Shown: positions 10,800 through 22,510 of the stretch, piece after piece | How the letters are laid out: every line of letters begins with the position of its first letter | Position numbering within the stretch: position 1 is the first letter of the stretch | Origin: Betaproteobacteria bacterium | GTDB lineage: Bacteria > Pseudomonadota > Gammaproteobacteria > Burkholderiales > SG8-41 | DNA length: 37,479 nt | Reading direction: 5' to 3' | Assembly (NCBI GenBank): GCA_043752435.1 | Contig: JAYUYQ010000042.1 | Span: 1 to 37,479, forward strand | Translations under genes and position numbers: made by a program | Notes under the pieces: model-generated | Told to the model about the DNA's origin: nothing | Databases searched by the model: none | Seen by the model: only the letters and a program-made list of their open reading frames with translations

Positions 10800-12140
10800 T
10801 CACTTACCGATGCAGAATTTCGAGAAAATTTCACCCAGCAGGTCATCCGGCGTGTATTCCCCGGTAATGCCACCCAGCGCCTCATGCGCCAGCCGCAATT
10901 CTTCGGCATACAGTTCGAGGCGGTCGGTCACCCCAGCCGCTGCGGCCAGATGACGCTGTGCGACCTGCAAAGCTTCGATATGGCGCGTCCGGGCGGTGAA
11001 TACGCCCTCACCCGAGGGATGCCAGCCCGCCTGATCCCAAATCGCCTGTTTCAGCAATTCCAGGCCTTCCCCGGTTTTTGCGGAGACCCAGACCTGATCT
11101 TCGTTTTCAATCCGCTCCCGTCCTGCCTTGCATCGGGCCAGATCGATTTTGTTTTTAACCCGGATGCGCGCCAGGCCAGCCGGCAGGCGATCGATGATCG
11201 CGCGGTTGGCGCTGTCATTCTCCCGCCCGGCATCAGACACCAGCAGCGCCAGATCGGCTTTTTCAATCATGGCCCAAGTCCGACTGATACCGATACGCTC
11301 GACAGCATCCGTGGTTTCACGCAGGCCAGCAGTATCGATGATGTGCACTGGCAAACCGTCGATATCAATTTGCTCGCGAACCGCATCCCGGGTTGTCCCC
11401 GGAACTTCAGTGACGATGGCCACTTCCTCACCAGCCAGACGGTTGAGCAGGCTCGATTTGCCAACATTGGGCTCACCGATCAGGACCGCCTGGATTCCCT
11501 CGCGCAACAAGCTGCCTTGGCGGGTTGCCAGCAACGTCGCATCCAGTTGCTCACGAACCGCTGTCAATTGTTGTTGCGCGCGACCGGCCGTCAGAAACTC
11601 GACTTCTTCCTCGGGAAAATCCAGTGTCGCTTCGAGCAATGTGCGCAAAGCGATAATTTTGTTCGTAAGCTGTTGTATTAATTCAGAAAAATTACCTTGC
11701 AAAGAACGCATGGCAGCTCGGGCGGCCAAATTCGTCGACGCTTCGATCAAATCGGCAACGCCCTCGGCCTGGGTCAGATCCATGCGCCCGTTCAGGTAAG
11801 CCCGTTCAGTGAACTCTCCCGGCCGCGCCAATCGGGCGCCCAGCTCCAGACAGCGCTGCAGCAGTTGGCGCATCACCACCGGTCCGCCGTGCCCCTGCAA
11901 CTCGAGGACATCTTCACCGGTGTAGGAATGCGGGGCCGCGAAAAACAGCATCAGCCCTTCGTCGAGTGGTTGGCCTGCAGCGTCGAGGAAAGAAGTCAGC
12001 AACGCACGGCGCGGTTCGAGCGTGCGCGGCGTCAGGCCGGCGGCGAAGCGTGCGAGTTGTGATCCTGAAATGCGGATGACGCCGATACCGCCACGACCCG
12101 GTGCCGTGGCAATTGCCGCAATGATGTCTCGGTGAATCAT
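10800..12140 (-). CDS. mnmE: tRNA modification GTPase MnmE (TrmE)
   Basis: 446-aa ORF with the G-domain motif GEPNVGKSSLLN, DTAGLR, and the C-terminal FCIGK motif. Confidence 0.97.
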   Translation of the reverse strand: MIHRDIIAAIATAPGRGGIGVIRISGSQLARFAAGLTPRTLEPRRALLTSFLDAAGQPLDEGLMLFFAAPHSYTGEDVLELQGHGGPVVMRQLLQRCLELGARLARPGEFTERAYLNGRMDLTQAEGVADLIEASTNLAARAAMRSLQGNFSELIQQLTNKIIALRTLLEATLDFPEEEVEFLTAGRAQQQLTAVREQLDATLLATRQGSLLREGIQAVLIGEPNVGKSSLLNRLAGEEVAIVTEVPGTTRDAVREQIDIDGLPVHIIDTAGLRETTDAVERIGISRTWAMIEKADLALLVSDAGRENDSANRAIIDRLPAGLARIRVKNKIDLARCKAGRERIENEDQVWVSAKTGEGLELLKQAIWDQAGWHPSGEGVFTARTRHIEALQVAQRHLAAAAGVTDRLELYAEELRLAHEALGGITGEYTPDDLLGEIFSKFCIGK

Positions 12141-12177
12141 GCGCGGCGAGTATAGCGCCGCGTCGCGATGCCGCCGC

Positions 12178-13851
12178 TCAGGCCTTCGGCCTGACCTGGT
12201 TCGCCGCCCGCTCCATGACCCTTGTAATGTGCCATTGCTGCGCGATCGAAAGAATGTTGTTGACCAGCCAGTACAGCACTAGGCCCGCGGGGAAGAAGAA
12301 GAAGAAAATGCTGAAGGCAATCGGCATGATTTTCATGATCTTGGCCTGCACCGGATCCGGCGGCACCGGATTCAGCCTGGTCTGGATGATCATGGTTGCG
12401 CCCATCAGGATGGGCAGGATGTAAAACGGATCCGCCACCGAGAGATCCTTGATCCACAGCGCAAACGGTGCCTGACGCATTTCGACGCTGCCGAGCAGCA
12501 CCCAATACAACGCAATGAATACAGGAATCTGCACCACGATCGGCAGACACCCACCGAGCGGATTGATTTTCTCGGTCTTGTAGAGCTCCATCATCGCCTG
12601 CTGCATGCGCTGCCGGTCGTTGCCGTACTGATCTTTAAGGCGCTGTAATTTCGGCGCCACGATGCGCATCTTGGCCATTGAACGGTAACTCGCCTCCGAC
12701 AAGGGGTAGAACCCCAGCTTGATGAATATGGTCAGGATGATGATGGCCACGCCCCAGTTGCCGGTCCAGCCGTGGATCCACTGCAGCACCCAGAACAACG
12801 GCGCGGCGATGACTGTCAGCCAGCCGTAATCAACCGCCAGATCCAGTCCGGGCGCCAGGGCCGCGAGTTTTTCCTGTTCCTGGGGTCCGGCATATAGCGG
12901 CATCGCCAGCGTCGTGCTGGCGCCCGGGGCGAGCGTGCCAGCCGGAATAATGACACCGGCCGCGTACAGTCCCTGGGGTATCTGCCGGGTGTAGAACTCT
13001 CGCGGCGAGCCCTGCTTCGGCAGCCATGCGCTGAGGAAATAGTGCTGGAGCATGCCGATCCAGCCGTCGTTGCCGTTCTTGGGATAGGGAACCTTGCCCT
13101 TCTCGATATCACCGAACGCGACTTTCTGGAATTTGTCCTTCTCGGTATACACCGCAGCACCGGTATAGGTTGGCACCATTGCGGAATCCCCATCGGGCAG
13201 CTTCGCGTCGCGCACCAGCTGGAAATAAGCAAAAGCTTCCACTGGTGCTGCGCCGGTATTGGTTACTTCATGCGCGACATCGATGACATAGCTGTTGCGG
13301 TGAAAACGATAAATTTTCGCAGCTTTTGCGCCACCGACAGCTTCCAGCCGAATTTCAAGATCGGCAGCGGCATCCGCCAGCTTGTATTCCGTTCGCTGTG
13401 CGGCATACGCGGTCTGGTGATTCGGCAGGTTGCTGCCGATCAGCCCGGATTGCGCAATGTAGACATGCTCACTGGAACGCGCAAACAACAGGAAGTTTTT
13501 CGTCCGGTCCAGTGTGCCGCCATGCTTCAGCAGTTCAAGACGGACCAGATCACCGCCGCTGGTGCTGATTTCCGCGCGGTAAACATCAGTTTCAACCTTG
13601 ATGATCTGTCCCCGATCAGCCGCAACGGCAACCGGCGGTGCTGACGGGTTCGGAATCAATGCTGCGCTGGGAGCGGGCACTGTGCCGGCAGCGGGCTGGG
13701 CCTGGGTTATCCCCGGTGTAGGCGTCGGGGTTACCGAGGCCGATGCCGCGGTGGCTGCGGGCGATTGTTGATGGTCGCGCTGCCAGGACTCATACAGCAG
13801 GAACACCGACATGGTGAATACAAAGAAGAGAACCAGCCGTTGCGAATCCAT
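12178..13851 (-). CDS. yidC: Membrane protein insertase YidC
   Basis: 557-aa ORF with an N-terminal TM helix, a large periplasmic domain and a conserved C-terminal 5-TM core (...GCLPIVVQIPVFIALYWVL...). Confidence 0.97.
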   Translation of the reverse strand: MDSQRLVLFFVFTMSVFLLYESWQRDHQQSPAATAASASVTPTPTPGITQAQPAAGTVPAPSAALIPNPSAPPVAVAADRGQIIKVETDVYRAEISTSGGDLVRLELLKHGGTLDRTKNFLLFARSSEHVYIAQSGLIGSNLPNHQTAYAAQRTEYKLADAAADLEIRLEAVGGAKAAKIYRFHRNSYVIDVAHEVTNTGAAPVEAFAYFQLVRDAKLPDGDSAMVPTYTGAAVYTEKDKFQKVAFGDIEKGKVPYPKNGNDGWIGMLQHYFLSAWLPKQGSPREFYTRQIPQGLYAAGVIIPAGTLAPGASTTLAMPLYAGPQEQEKLAALAPGLDLAVDYGWLTVIAAPLFWVLQWIHGWTGNWGVAIIILTIFIKLGFYPLSEASYRSMAKMRIVAPKLQRLKDQYGNDRQRMQQAMMELYKTEKINPLGGCLPIVVQIPVFIALYWVLLGSVEMRQAPFALWIKDLSVADPFYILPILMGATMIIQTRLNPVPPDPVQAKIMKIMPIAFSIFFFFFPAGLVLYWLVNNILSIAQQWHITRVMERAANQVRPKA

Positions 13852-13881
13852 AAGCTTTTTTTCTCTGCCGAGCCACTACGG

Positions 13882-14256
13882 TTATTGTTTGCCCGGTCCG
13901 AGCAATCCGCGCAGCAACTCCTGCAATTCCTTGAACAATGCCGCGTTATCGCTGCTGCGGGGGCTGCCCCGGAGTTGTACGACGACATCCAGCGCATCCA
14001 GCTCTGCCGCCAACTCACGATGCACGATTCTGATCAGGCGCTTCACCCGGTTACGATCTACTGACCGGGGTGCCGCCTTCTTGCCGACGATCAATCCGAG
14101 TCGCGGGCCGTCTCCGGCATTGGGCAACGCCCGCGCCAGGAAACATTTGCTGCCTGACCGGCGTCCACCGACGAGAACGGCTTCAAACTGCGCCGCTTTG
14201 GTCAGGCGTATAGACCGCGCGCTACTGCTTTTGTTGCAAACTGCGGATTTGATCAA
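13882..14256 (-). CDS. rnpA: RNase P protein component
   Basis: The C-terminal 124 aa of the 189-aa track ORF contain [11 protein letters not shown]...[23 protein letters not shown]. The only start codon downstream of the rpmH stop is TTG at 14256-14254. That TTG overlaps the rpmH TGA (TTGA). Confidence 0.8.
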   Translation of the reverse strand: MIKSAVCNKSSSARSIRLTKAAQFEAVLVGGRRSGSKCFLARALPNAGDGPRLGLIVGKKAAPRSVDRNRVKRLIRIVHRELAAELDALDVVVQLRGSPRSSDNAALFKELQELLRGLLGPGKQ

Positions 14257-14387
14257 ACGCTGAGGCGGGCACGGCCTTTGGCACGGCGCGCACGGATGAC
14301 AGCGCGACCGCCGCGCGTTTTCATGCGCACACGAAAGCCATGGGTGCGTGCACGACGCGTTTTTGAAGGTTGGTAGGTGCGCTTCAT
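14253..14387 (-). CDS. rpmH: 50S ribosomal protein L34
   Basis: Below the track size cutoff. The reverse complement from the ATG at 14387 reads [44 protein letters not shown] followed by a stop. Confidence 0.97.
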   Translation of the reverse strand: MKRTYQPSKTRRARTHGFRVRMKTRGGRAVIRARRAKGRARLSV

Positions 14388-14421
14388 GGTCGATCCTAAA
14401 TTGGTCTTCGGGAAACCCAAT

Positions 14422-14451
14422 ATTAGACCCCGACAGGCCTCCCCCTGTCAA
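14422..14451 (-). promoter_or_regulatory. Candidate sigma70 promoter of rpmH-rnpA
   Basis: The minus strand reads TTGACA (14451-14446), an 18-nt spacer, then TCTAAT (14427-14422). This is about 35 nt upstream of the rpmH ATG. Confidence 0.45.
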
Positions 14452-14504
14452 TCTTCAGGATGGCGGACCATCTGCCGTCGTGGTTGCCGTATCCTCCGCA
14501 GCCT

Positions 14505-14533
14505 TTGTTGCCGCCACCAATAAGGGGTAAAAT
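14505..14533 (+). promoter_or_regulatory. Candidate dnaA promoter
   Basis: TTGTTG (14505-14510), a 17-nt spacer, then TAAAAT (14528-14533), about 70 nt upstream of the dnaA ATG. The -35 element is weak. Confidence 0.3.
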
Positions 14534-14603
14534 CGGGGGTTAATTCCCCCGCATTCTCGCGCTTTTTCGTTAACCACGCCGTTGCTACACCCGATAGGGA
14601 CGA

Positions 14604-15935
14604 ATGAACGATTTCTGGCAACATTGTCTCGCGTTTTTCGCAAAAGAACTCGGGCAACAGCAGTTTGTCACTTGGATACAGCCACTGGAATGCGCCATCA
14701 CCGGGGCTGTCGTGACGGTAACGGCGCCCAATCGTTTTGTGCAGCGCTGGGTCAAAGACCGCTTTCAGGCAACCATGTTGAAAATTGCCCGCGAGCGTCT
14801 GGGTGAAGGCGCTACGGTTGAACTCATCCTTGCAGAAAAATCAGCGCGGCCTGTTGCGGTGTCCACAGCACCCGTGGAGCCGGTGATCTCCCGACCCGCA
14901 CCGCCGGTGCGCGATGTTTCCAGGCTCAATCCCGGCTTTACGTTTGACACCTTCGTCACCGGCAAAGCCAACGACCTCGCGCGCGCCGCAGCCCGTCAGG
15001 TCGCGGAAAAACCTGGAGCTGCATACAACCCGTTGTTTGTCTACGGCGGCGTCGGCCTGGGCAAAACCCATCTGATCCATGCTATCGGCAACCACCTCAG
15101 GGCGCATGCGCCGGAAAGCAAGATCCGCTACATCCATGCCGAGCAGTATGTATCCGATGTGGTGAGGGCTTACCAACACAAAGCGTTTGATGATTTCAAA
15201 CGCTACTACCATTCGCTGGATCTGCTGTTGATTGACGACATCCAGTTTTTCAGCGGCAAGAATCGCACACAGGAAGAGTTTTTCTACGCCTTCAACGCAC
15301 TGGTTGAAGCGCACAAACAGGTCATCATCACCTGCGATACCTATCCCAAGGAAATCTCCGGGATGGAAAACCGGCTGATTTCACGCTTCGGCTGGGGCCT
15401 CACTGTTGCCGTTGAGCCCCCGGAACTGGAAATGCGGGTCGCCATCCTGCTCAAAAAAGCGGAAGCAGACGGTTTGACGCTGGATGAAAATGTGGCCTTT
15501 TTCATTGCCAAGCATATCCAGTCCAATATCCGCGAACTGGAGGGCGCACTCAAGCGCGTGCTGGCCTATTCCCGCTTTACCGGGCAGCCCATCACCGTGG
15601 ATCTTGCACGCGAAGCCTTGCGCGATGTACTCGCCTCACAGAACCGTCAAGTCAGCATCGAAAACATACAACGCACCGTCGCCGACTATTACAAGATCAA
15701 GGTGTCGGAGATGTATTCGAAAAAACGCACCCGGAATGTGGCGCGTCCGCGACAGGTTGCGATGGCCCTGGCCAAGGAGCTGACCCAGTTGAGCCTGCCT
15801 GACATCGGTGAAGCCTTTGGCGGCAGGGATCACACGACGGTACTCCATGCCTGCCGCAAAATCGCTCAACTGAAAAGTACCAGTAACGAAATGACCGTCG
15901 ATATCAGTTCATTGCTGAAGGTATTACGCAGTTGA
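14604..15935 (+). CDS. dnaA: Chromosomal replication initiator DnaA
   Basis: 443-aa ORF with AAA+ Walker [11 protein letters not shown], Walker [10 protein letters not shown], and the C-terminal DNA-binding signature [18 protein letters not shown] precedes the ATG. Confidence 0.98.
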   Translation: MNDFWQHCLAFFAKELGQQQFVTWIQPLECAITGAVVTVTAPNRFVQRWVKDRFQATMLKIARERLGEGATVELILAEKSARPVAVSTAPVEPVISRPAPPVRDVSRLNPGFTFDTFVTGKANDLARAAARQVAEKPGAAYNPLFVYGGVGLGKTHLIHAIGNHLRAHAPESKIRYIHAEQYVSDVVRAYQHKAFDDFKRYYHSLDLLLIDDIQFFSGKNRTQEEFFYAFNALVEAHKQVIITCDTYPKEISGMENRLISRFGWGLTVAVEPPELEMRVAILLKKAEADGLTLDENVAFFIAKHIQSNIRELEGALKRVLAYSRFTGQPITVDLAREALRDVLASQNRQVSIENIQRTVADYYKIKVSEMYSKKRTRNVARPRQVAMALAKELTQLSLPDIGEAFGGRDHTTVLHACRKIAQLKSTSNEMTVDISSLLKVLRS

Positions 15936-16139
15936 AAACCTGTGCATCATTTGTGCATAACCAGGCAAAAAACGAATCCACCTGTTTTTCATCCTTTTCT
16001 GTCCACAGGAAGTTAGCGCGCAATACAGAAAATCAAAGACAGAATTTCTGTTTTGAATTCAAGGTTCAAGTGCAACTCTCAACAGAAAAAAGCCTTTTCT
16101 ATTAGTTACTATTAATATATTTAAAGAAAAACTACTAAT
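15936..16139. other. AT-rich dnaA-dnaN spacer; candidate oriC/DUE, or alternatively just the dnaN promoter region
   Basis: DnaA-box-like 9-mers: TGTGCATCA (15941-15949), TGTGCATAA (15952-15960, 8/9 to TGTGGATAA) and CTGTCCACA (15999-16007, 7/9 to TTATCCACA). Palindromes: ACAGAATTTCTGT (16039-16051) and TTGAATTCAA (16053-16062). The stretch 16095-16139 has only about 6 G/C in 45 nt. Confidence 0.35.
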
Positions 16140-17249
16140 ATGAAACTCGTGCAATTACCCCGCGATGCGTTGTTAAAGCCACTGCAGGCAGTAACCGGAA
16201 TTGTTGAACGGCGCCATACGCTGCCGATCCTGTCGAACGTATTGATTGAACGTACTGCAGACAGCCTGCGTTTTGTCGCCACTGATCTGGAATTGCAGAT
16301 TGCAACCTCTTGTCCACTCGATAAAAAAGGCGGAGAAACTCTTGCCGTCACGGTGTCCGCCAGAAAGCTGGTTGACATACTACGGGCCTTGCCTGATAGC
16401 AGTGAAGTCACACTCGAAGTCGCCAACAATCGTTTACAGGTCAAAGCCGGCAAAAGCCGCTTTAATCTGCAAACCTTGCCTGCTGCGGATTTTCCGGCGC
16501 TCGCGGACCCCGGCAAGCCGCAAAGCAGTTTCCAGATATCCCAGGGTGTTGCGCGCAAGCTGCTTGGCCTGGTGCAATACGCAATGGCGCAGCAGGACAT
16601 CCGCTATTACCTGAATGGACTGTTGCTTATCACCGAAGACAAGGAAATCAAGGTCGTTGCCACGGACGGCCACCGGCTCAGTTATGCCGTAACGGGGCTC
16701 AAGGACAAGCAGGACAAAAGCGAAGTCATCCTGCCGAGAAAAGCCATATTGGAACTGGCGCGACAACTGGTGGAAGGTGACGAACCACTCGACATCGCCA
16801 TTCATGCCAACCAGGTCCGTTTCCGTTTTGGTGATGTTGAGCTGACAACCAAGGTCATTGACGGCAAATTCCCTGACTACCAGCGGGTGATTCCGACCAA
16901 CTACGAAAAAGGCATCAGCCTGGACCGGGACGAGTTGCAGCGCGCACTGCAACGGGCAGCCATTCTGTCCAATGAAAAATTCCGCGGCGTACGCTGGATG
17001 CTGACCAAGGACAGTCTGCGCATTTCCTGCAGCAATAACGAACAGGAAGAAGCCCAGGAAGAACTGGAAGTTGAATTCGGCGGGGATCCCCTGGATGTGG
17101 GGTTCAACGTCACCTACCTGCTGGATGTGCTCAGCAATGTGCCGGCCGGCAAAGTGCTGTGCTCCTTCGGCGACGCCAACAGCAGCATGCTGATCACGCT
17201 GCCGGGACGCGATGACTTCCGTTATGTCGTCATGCCGATGCGGATCTGA
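16140..17249 (+). CDS. dnaN: DNA polymerase III beta sliding clamp
   Basis: 369-aa ORF starting MKLVQLPRDALLKPLQAVTGIVERRHTLPILSNVLIE and ending ...RYVVMPMRI. Confidence 0.98.
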   Translation: MKLVQLPRDALLKPLQAVTGIVERRHTLPILSNVLIERTADSLRFVATDLELQIATSCPLDKKGGETLAVTVSARKLVDILRALPDSSEVTLEVANNRLQVKAGKSRFNLQTLPAADFPALADPGKPQSSFQISQGVARKLLGLVQYAMAQQDIRYYLNGLLLITEDKEIKVVATDGHRLSYAVTGLKDKQDKSEVILPRKAILELARQLVEGDEPLDIAIHANQVRFRFGDVELTTKVIDGKFPDYQRVIPTNYEKGISLDRDELQRALQRAAILSNEKFRGVRWMLTKDSLRISCSNNEQEEAQEELEVEFGGDPLDVGFNVTYLLDVLSNVPAGKVLCSFGDANSSMLITLPGRDDFRYVVMPMRI

Positions 17250-17252
17250 TAA

Positions 17253-19739
<2,487 letters not shown>

Positions 19740-19757
19740 ACAAGCTTCGTTCAGGGC

Positions 19758-19811
19758 AAAAAATTACGGCCAAGGTCGCAACCGCGATGTTGGCCGTAAA
19801 TGTTTGTTTTA
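19758..19811. terminator. Bidirectional intrinsic terminator between convergent gyrB and topB
   Basis: A perfect 10-bp stem, TTACGGCCAA (19764-19773) pairing with TTGGCCGTAA (19790-19799). The 16-nt loop can extend the stem (GUCGC-AACC-GCGAU). An A6 run lies upstream (19758-19763) and TGTTTGTTTT lies downstream, so a U-tract follows the stem on either strand. Confidence 0.7.
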
Positions 19812-19816
19812 ATTGA

Positions 19817-22396
19817 TTATTTTTTACTGCGAGCAGCGCGTTTTTTGGCCGGCACGGCAGTTGCCGTTTCGGTTTTGGCCGCTACAGCGGCTTTTGCCTT
19901 GGCTGGTTTTGCGGCCTTACCTGCGCCGGAATCGGCATCACCCTTGGCGGCGCGCGGTGCAAATTCAAATCCCACCTTGCCGTCCGGCTGTTTCGCCAGG
20001 AAGGCCTTGAAGCGCCGGCCGTTGCGGTTGGAGAAAAACCCGTCGAGCAGGTCGGTGCGTCCGGTGGCCAGCAGCTTTTCCATCTGCTCACGCTGGATTT
20101 CCTGGCGCAGGATGACTTTACCGGAACGGAAATCGCATTTCTTGGCGGGCGTGTTTTCGCACAGGAAGTTCATGCCGTGCTCGTAGACCTGGCCTTTGCA
20201 TTTCGGGCACGGGCCCAGCGCCTGCTGTCCGCTGAAATCGACTTCCTCAGCTTCGTCATCATTCCCCTGTCCGAAATCAAATTCGAGTTTGAGGTTGTTG
20301 CTTTCCTTGTCCGGCACGATGCGCAGGATGGCAGCGAACGGCCGGCCCATCTTTGAACGGAAGCCCTGCAGCGGTCCAATAGTACGTTCACGAAACAACA
20401 ACTCCACTTCGTCTATTTCAAACTGACGGCCGCCCGGAATTTTCGAAATCGAAAACTCGCAGGCTTCGCAGGCGAAGCGCCGGTAGTTTTCCTTGACTGT
20501 CCCGCCGCAATGCGGGCACGGTGTCTGCAGCGTCGCGTAATCACCGGGAATGGTCTCGTTGTTGTATTCCTTGGCGCGGTTGACGATGCGCTCGGTAATG
20601 GTGGCGATTTCCTTCATGAAGGATGTGCGCTTCAATTTGCCGCGTTCCATCTGCAACAGCTTGTATTCCCACTCCCCCGTCAGTTCCGGCTGTGTCAGTT
20701 CGCTGACGCCCAGCCCGTTCAGCAGAGTCAACAGCTGGAAAGCCTTGGCCGTCGGAATCAATTCGCGGCCTTCCCGCACCATGTATTTTTCGGCGATGAG
20801 CCGTTCGATGATCGCGGCGCGGGTTGCCGGCGTGCCGAGACCCTTCTGTGCCATCGCATCACGCAGCTCGTCGTCCTCGATCAGCTTGCCAGCGCCTTCC
20901 ATCGCGCTCAGCAGCGTCGCTTCCGAATAACGTGCGGGCGGCCGTGTTGCCAGCCCGATCGCGTCGACGGCATTGGCCGGCGGGCGCTCACCCTTGGCCA
21001 CGGCCGGCAGATTAGCGCTCTCCTGCTGCTCATCCTTGCCGTAAATCGCCAACCAGCTCGGTTTGACCAGGATCTTGCCCTCGGTCTTGAATTGGTGTGA
21101 TGCAACTTCAGTGATGCGCGTGGTGACCAGATATTCCGCCGGCGGGAAAAACACCGCCATAAAACGGCGGACGACGAGGTCATAGATCTTCTGCTGTACC
21201 TCGTTGAGGTTTTTCGGCGGCTGCGGCGTCGGGATGATCGCGAAGTGATCAGAAATTTTGGTGTTGTCGAAAATGCGCTTATTCGCCTTGATCCACTTGC
21301 CCTTGATGATTTCCTTGGCAAACGGCCCGAACCCTGATTCTCCAGCGAGGGCGTCCAGCGTGGTCTTGACCGTCTCCATGTAATCCTCAGGCAGGTGCTT
21401 GGAGTCTGTCCGCGGATAGGTCAGCGCTTTGTGCCGTTCGTACAGTTCCTGGGCGATCGACAAGGTGGTTTTTGCCGAAAAACCGAAACGGCCGTTGGCT
21501 TCACGTTGCAAAGACGTCAAGTCGAACAACATCGGTGACAGCTGCGACGAGGGTTTCGATTCCTCGGTGACGGTGCCCGCTTTGCCGCGACAGGCCTCAG
21601 CGATTTTTTCCGCGGCATTGCCGACCCACAGACGACTTTCGCGTTTTTCCGCGTCGTTTTCGTCGCGTTTGAACGCCGGATCGAACCAGCGGCCTTCATA
21701 GTCACCGGCTTTGGCGCCGAATGTCGCACGCACTTCCCAATAATCGCGGGGCACGAATTTGCGGATTTTCTGTTCGCGATCGACGACGATCATCAATGTC
21801 GGCGTCTGCACCCGGCCGACGGTGGTCAGGTAAAAACCGCCGCCCTTGCTGTTGAAGGCGGTCATTGCGCGTGTGCCGTTGATGCCGATCAGCCAGTCGG
21901 CTTCGCTGCGGCTACGCGCAGCATCGGCCAGCGGCTGCATTTCCTCGTCGGAACGCAGCTTGGTGAAACCCTCGCGGATGGCGGCTGGCGTCATCGACTG
22001 CAGCCACAGTCGCGATACCGGTTTCTTGGTATTGGTCGCCTGTGCGATGTAACGGAAAATCAATTCGCCTTCGCGGCCTGCGTCGCAGGCATTGATCAGT
22101 TTGCTGATGTCCTTCCGTTTCAGCAGCTTGGCCAGCACTTTCAGCCTGGCTTCACTTTTGACGATTGGGTTCAGGTCGAAATGCGGTGGGATGACCGGCA
22201 AATTGGCGAATGACCATTTGCCGCGTTTGACTTCGAATTCTTCGGGGGCCGCGATTTCCAGCAAATGGCCGACTGCTGATGACACCACGTAGTCGTCGTT
22301 TTCGAAATACTCGGCATGCTTGGTGAATCCGCCCAGAACGCGCGCGATGTCACCGGCGACCGAAGGTTTTTCTGCGATGATGAGCGTTTTTGCCAT
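19817..22396 (-). CDS. topB: Type IA DNA topoisomerase, topoisomerase III-like long form with C-terminal zinc ribbons and a Lys/Ala-rich tail
   Basis: 859-aa ORF. The N-terminus LIIAEKPSVAGDIA...GHLLE...DAGREGELIF...ADWLIGINGTRA...TVGRVQTPTL resembles TopB rather than TopA (VESPAKAK). Two Cys4 ribbons are present (CPHCGG...CEAC and CPKCKG...C...C). Two GF(R/F)S..G..F.A.L repeats are also present. The tail reads KAAKPAKAKAAVAAKTETATAVPAKKRAARSKK. Confidence 0.85.
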   Translation of the reverse strand: MAKTLIIAEKPSVAGDIARVLGGFTKHAEYFENDDYVVSSAVGHLLEIAAPEEFEVKRGKWSFANLPVIPPHFDLNPIVKSEARLKVLAKLLKRKDISKLINACDAGREGELIFRYIAQATNTKKPVSRLWLQSMTPAAIREGFTKLRSDEEMQPLADAARSRSEADWLIGINGTRAMTAFNSKGGGFYLTTVGRVQTPTLMIVVDREQKIRKFVPRDYWEVRATFGAKAGDYEGRWFDPAFKRDENDAEKRESRLWVGNAAEKIAEACRGKAGTVTEESKPSSQLSPMLFDLTSLQREANGRFGFSAKTTLSIAQELYERHKALTYPRTDSKHLPEDYMETVKTTLDALAGESGFGPFAKEIIKGKWIKANKRIFDNTKISDHFAIIPTPQPPKNLNEVQQKIYDLVVRRFMAVFFPPAEYLVTTRITEVASHQFKTEGKILVKPSWLAIYGKDEQQESANLPAVAKGERPPANAVDAIGLATRPPARYSEATLLSAMEGAGKLIEDDELRDAMAQKGLGTPATRAAIIERLIAEKYMVREGRELIPTAKAFQLLTLLNGLGVSELTQPELTGEWEYKLLQMERGKLKRTSFMKEIATITERIVNRAKEYNNETIPGDYATLQTPCPHCGGTVKENYRRFACEACEFSISKIPGGRQFEIDEVELLFRERTIGPLQGFRSKMGRPFAAILRIVPDKESNNLKLEFDFGQGNDDEAEEVDFSGQQALGPCPKCKGQVYEHGMNFLCENTPAKKCDFRSGKVILRQEIQREQMEKLLATGRTDLLDGFFSNRNGRRFKAFLAKQPDGKVGFEFAPRAAKGDADSGAGKAAKPAKAKAAVAAKTETATAVPAKKRAARSKK

Positions 22397-22483
22397 GTAA
22401 ACCGTTGAATTTGCGGATTAATACCGCTGCAGATGGGGCGCCGGGCTGCCGCGCCGTGGAAAAGAGCGCCCGATGATAAGAAC

Positions 22484-22510
22484 AATCCCCGGCCAGCGCA
22501 AGCCGGGATT
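22484..22510 (-). terminator. Imperfect hairpin downstream of dprA; weak terminator candidate or topB leader structure
   Basis: AATCCCCGGC (22484-22493) pairs with GCCGGGATT (22502-22510) as 9 bp with one bulged C. On the minus-strand RNA it is followed by UGUUCUUAUCAU, which is only moderately U-rich. Confidence 0.3.

Noticed and set aside
13882-14451. 189-aa minus-strand ORF taken as a single gene
   Set aside because: Only the C-terminal 124 aa are RnpA-like. The N-terminal part is an out-of-frame read across rpmH, whose own frame encodes a textbook L34.
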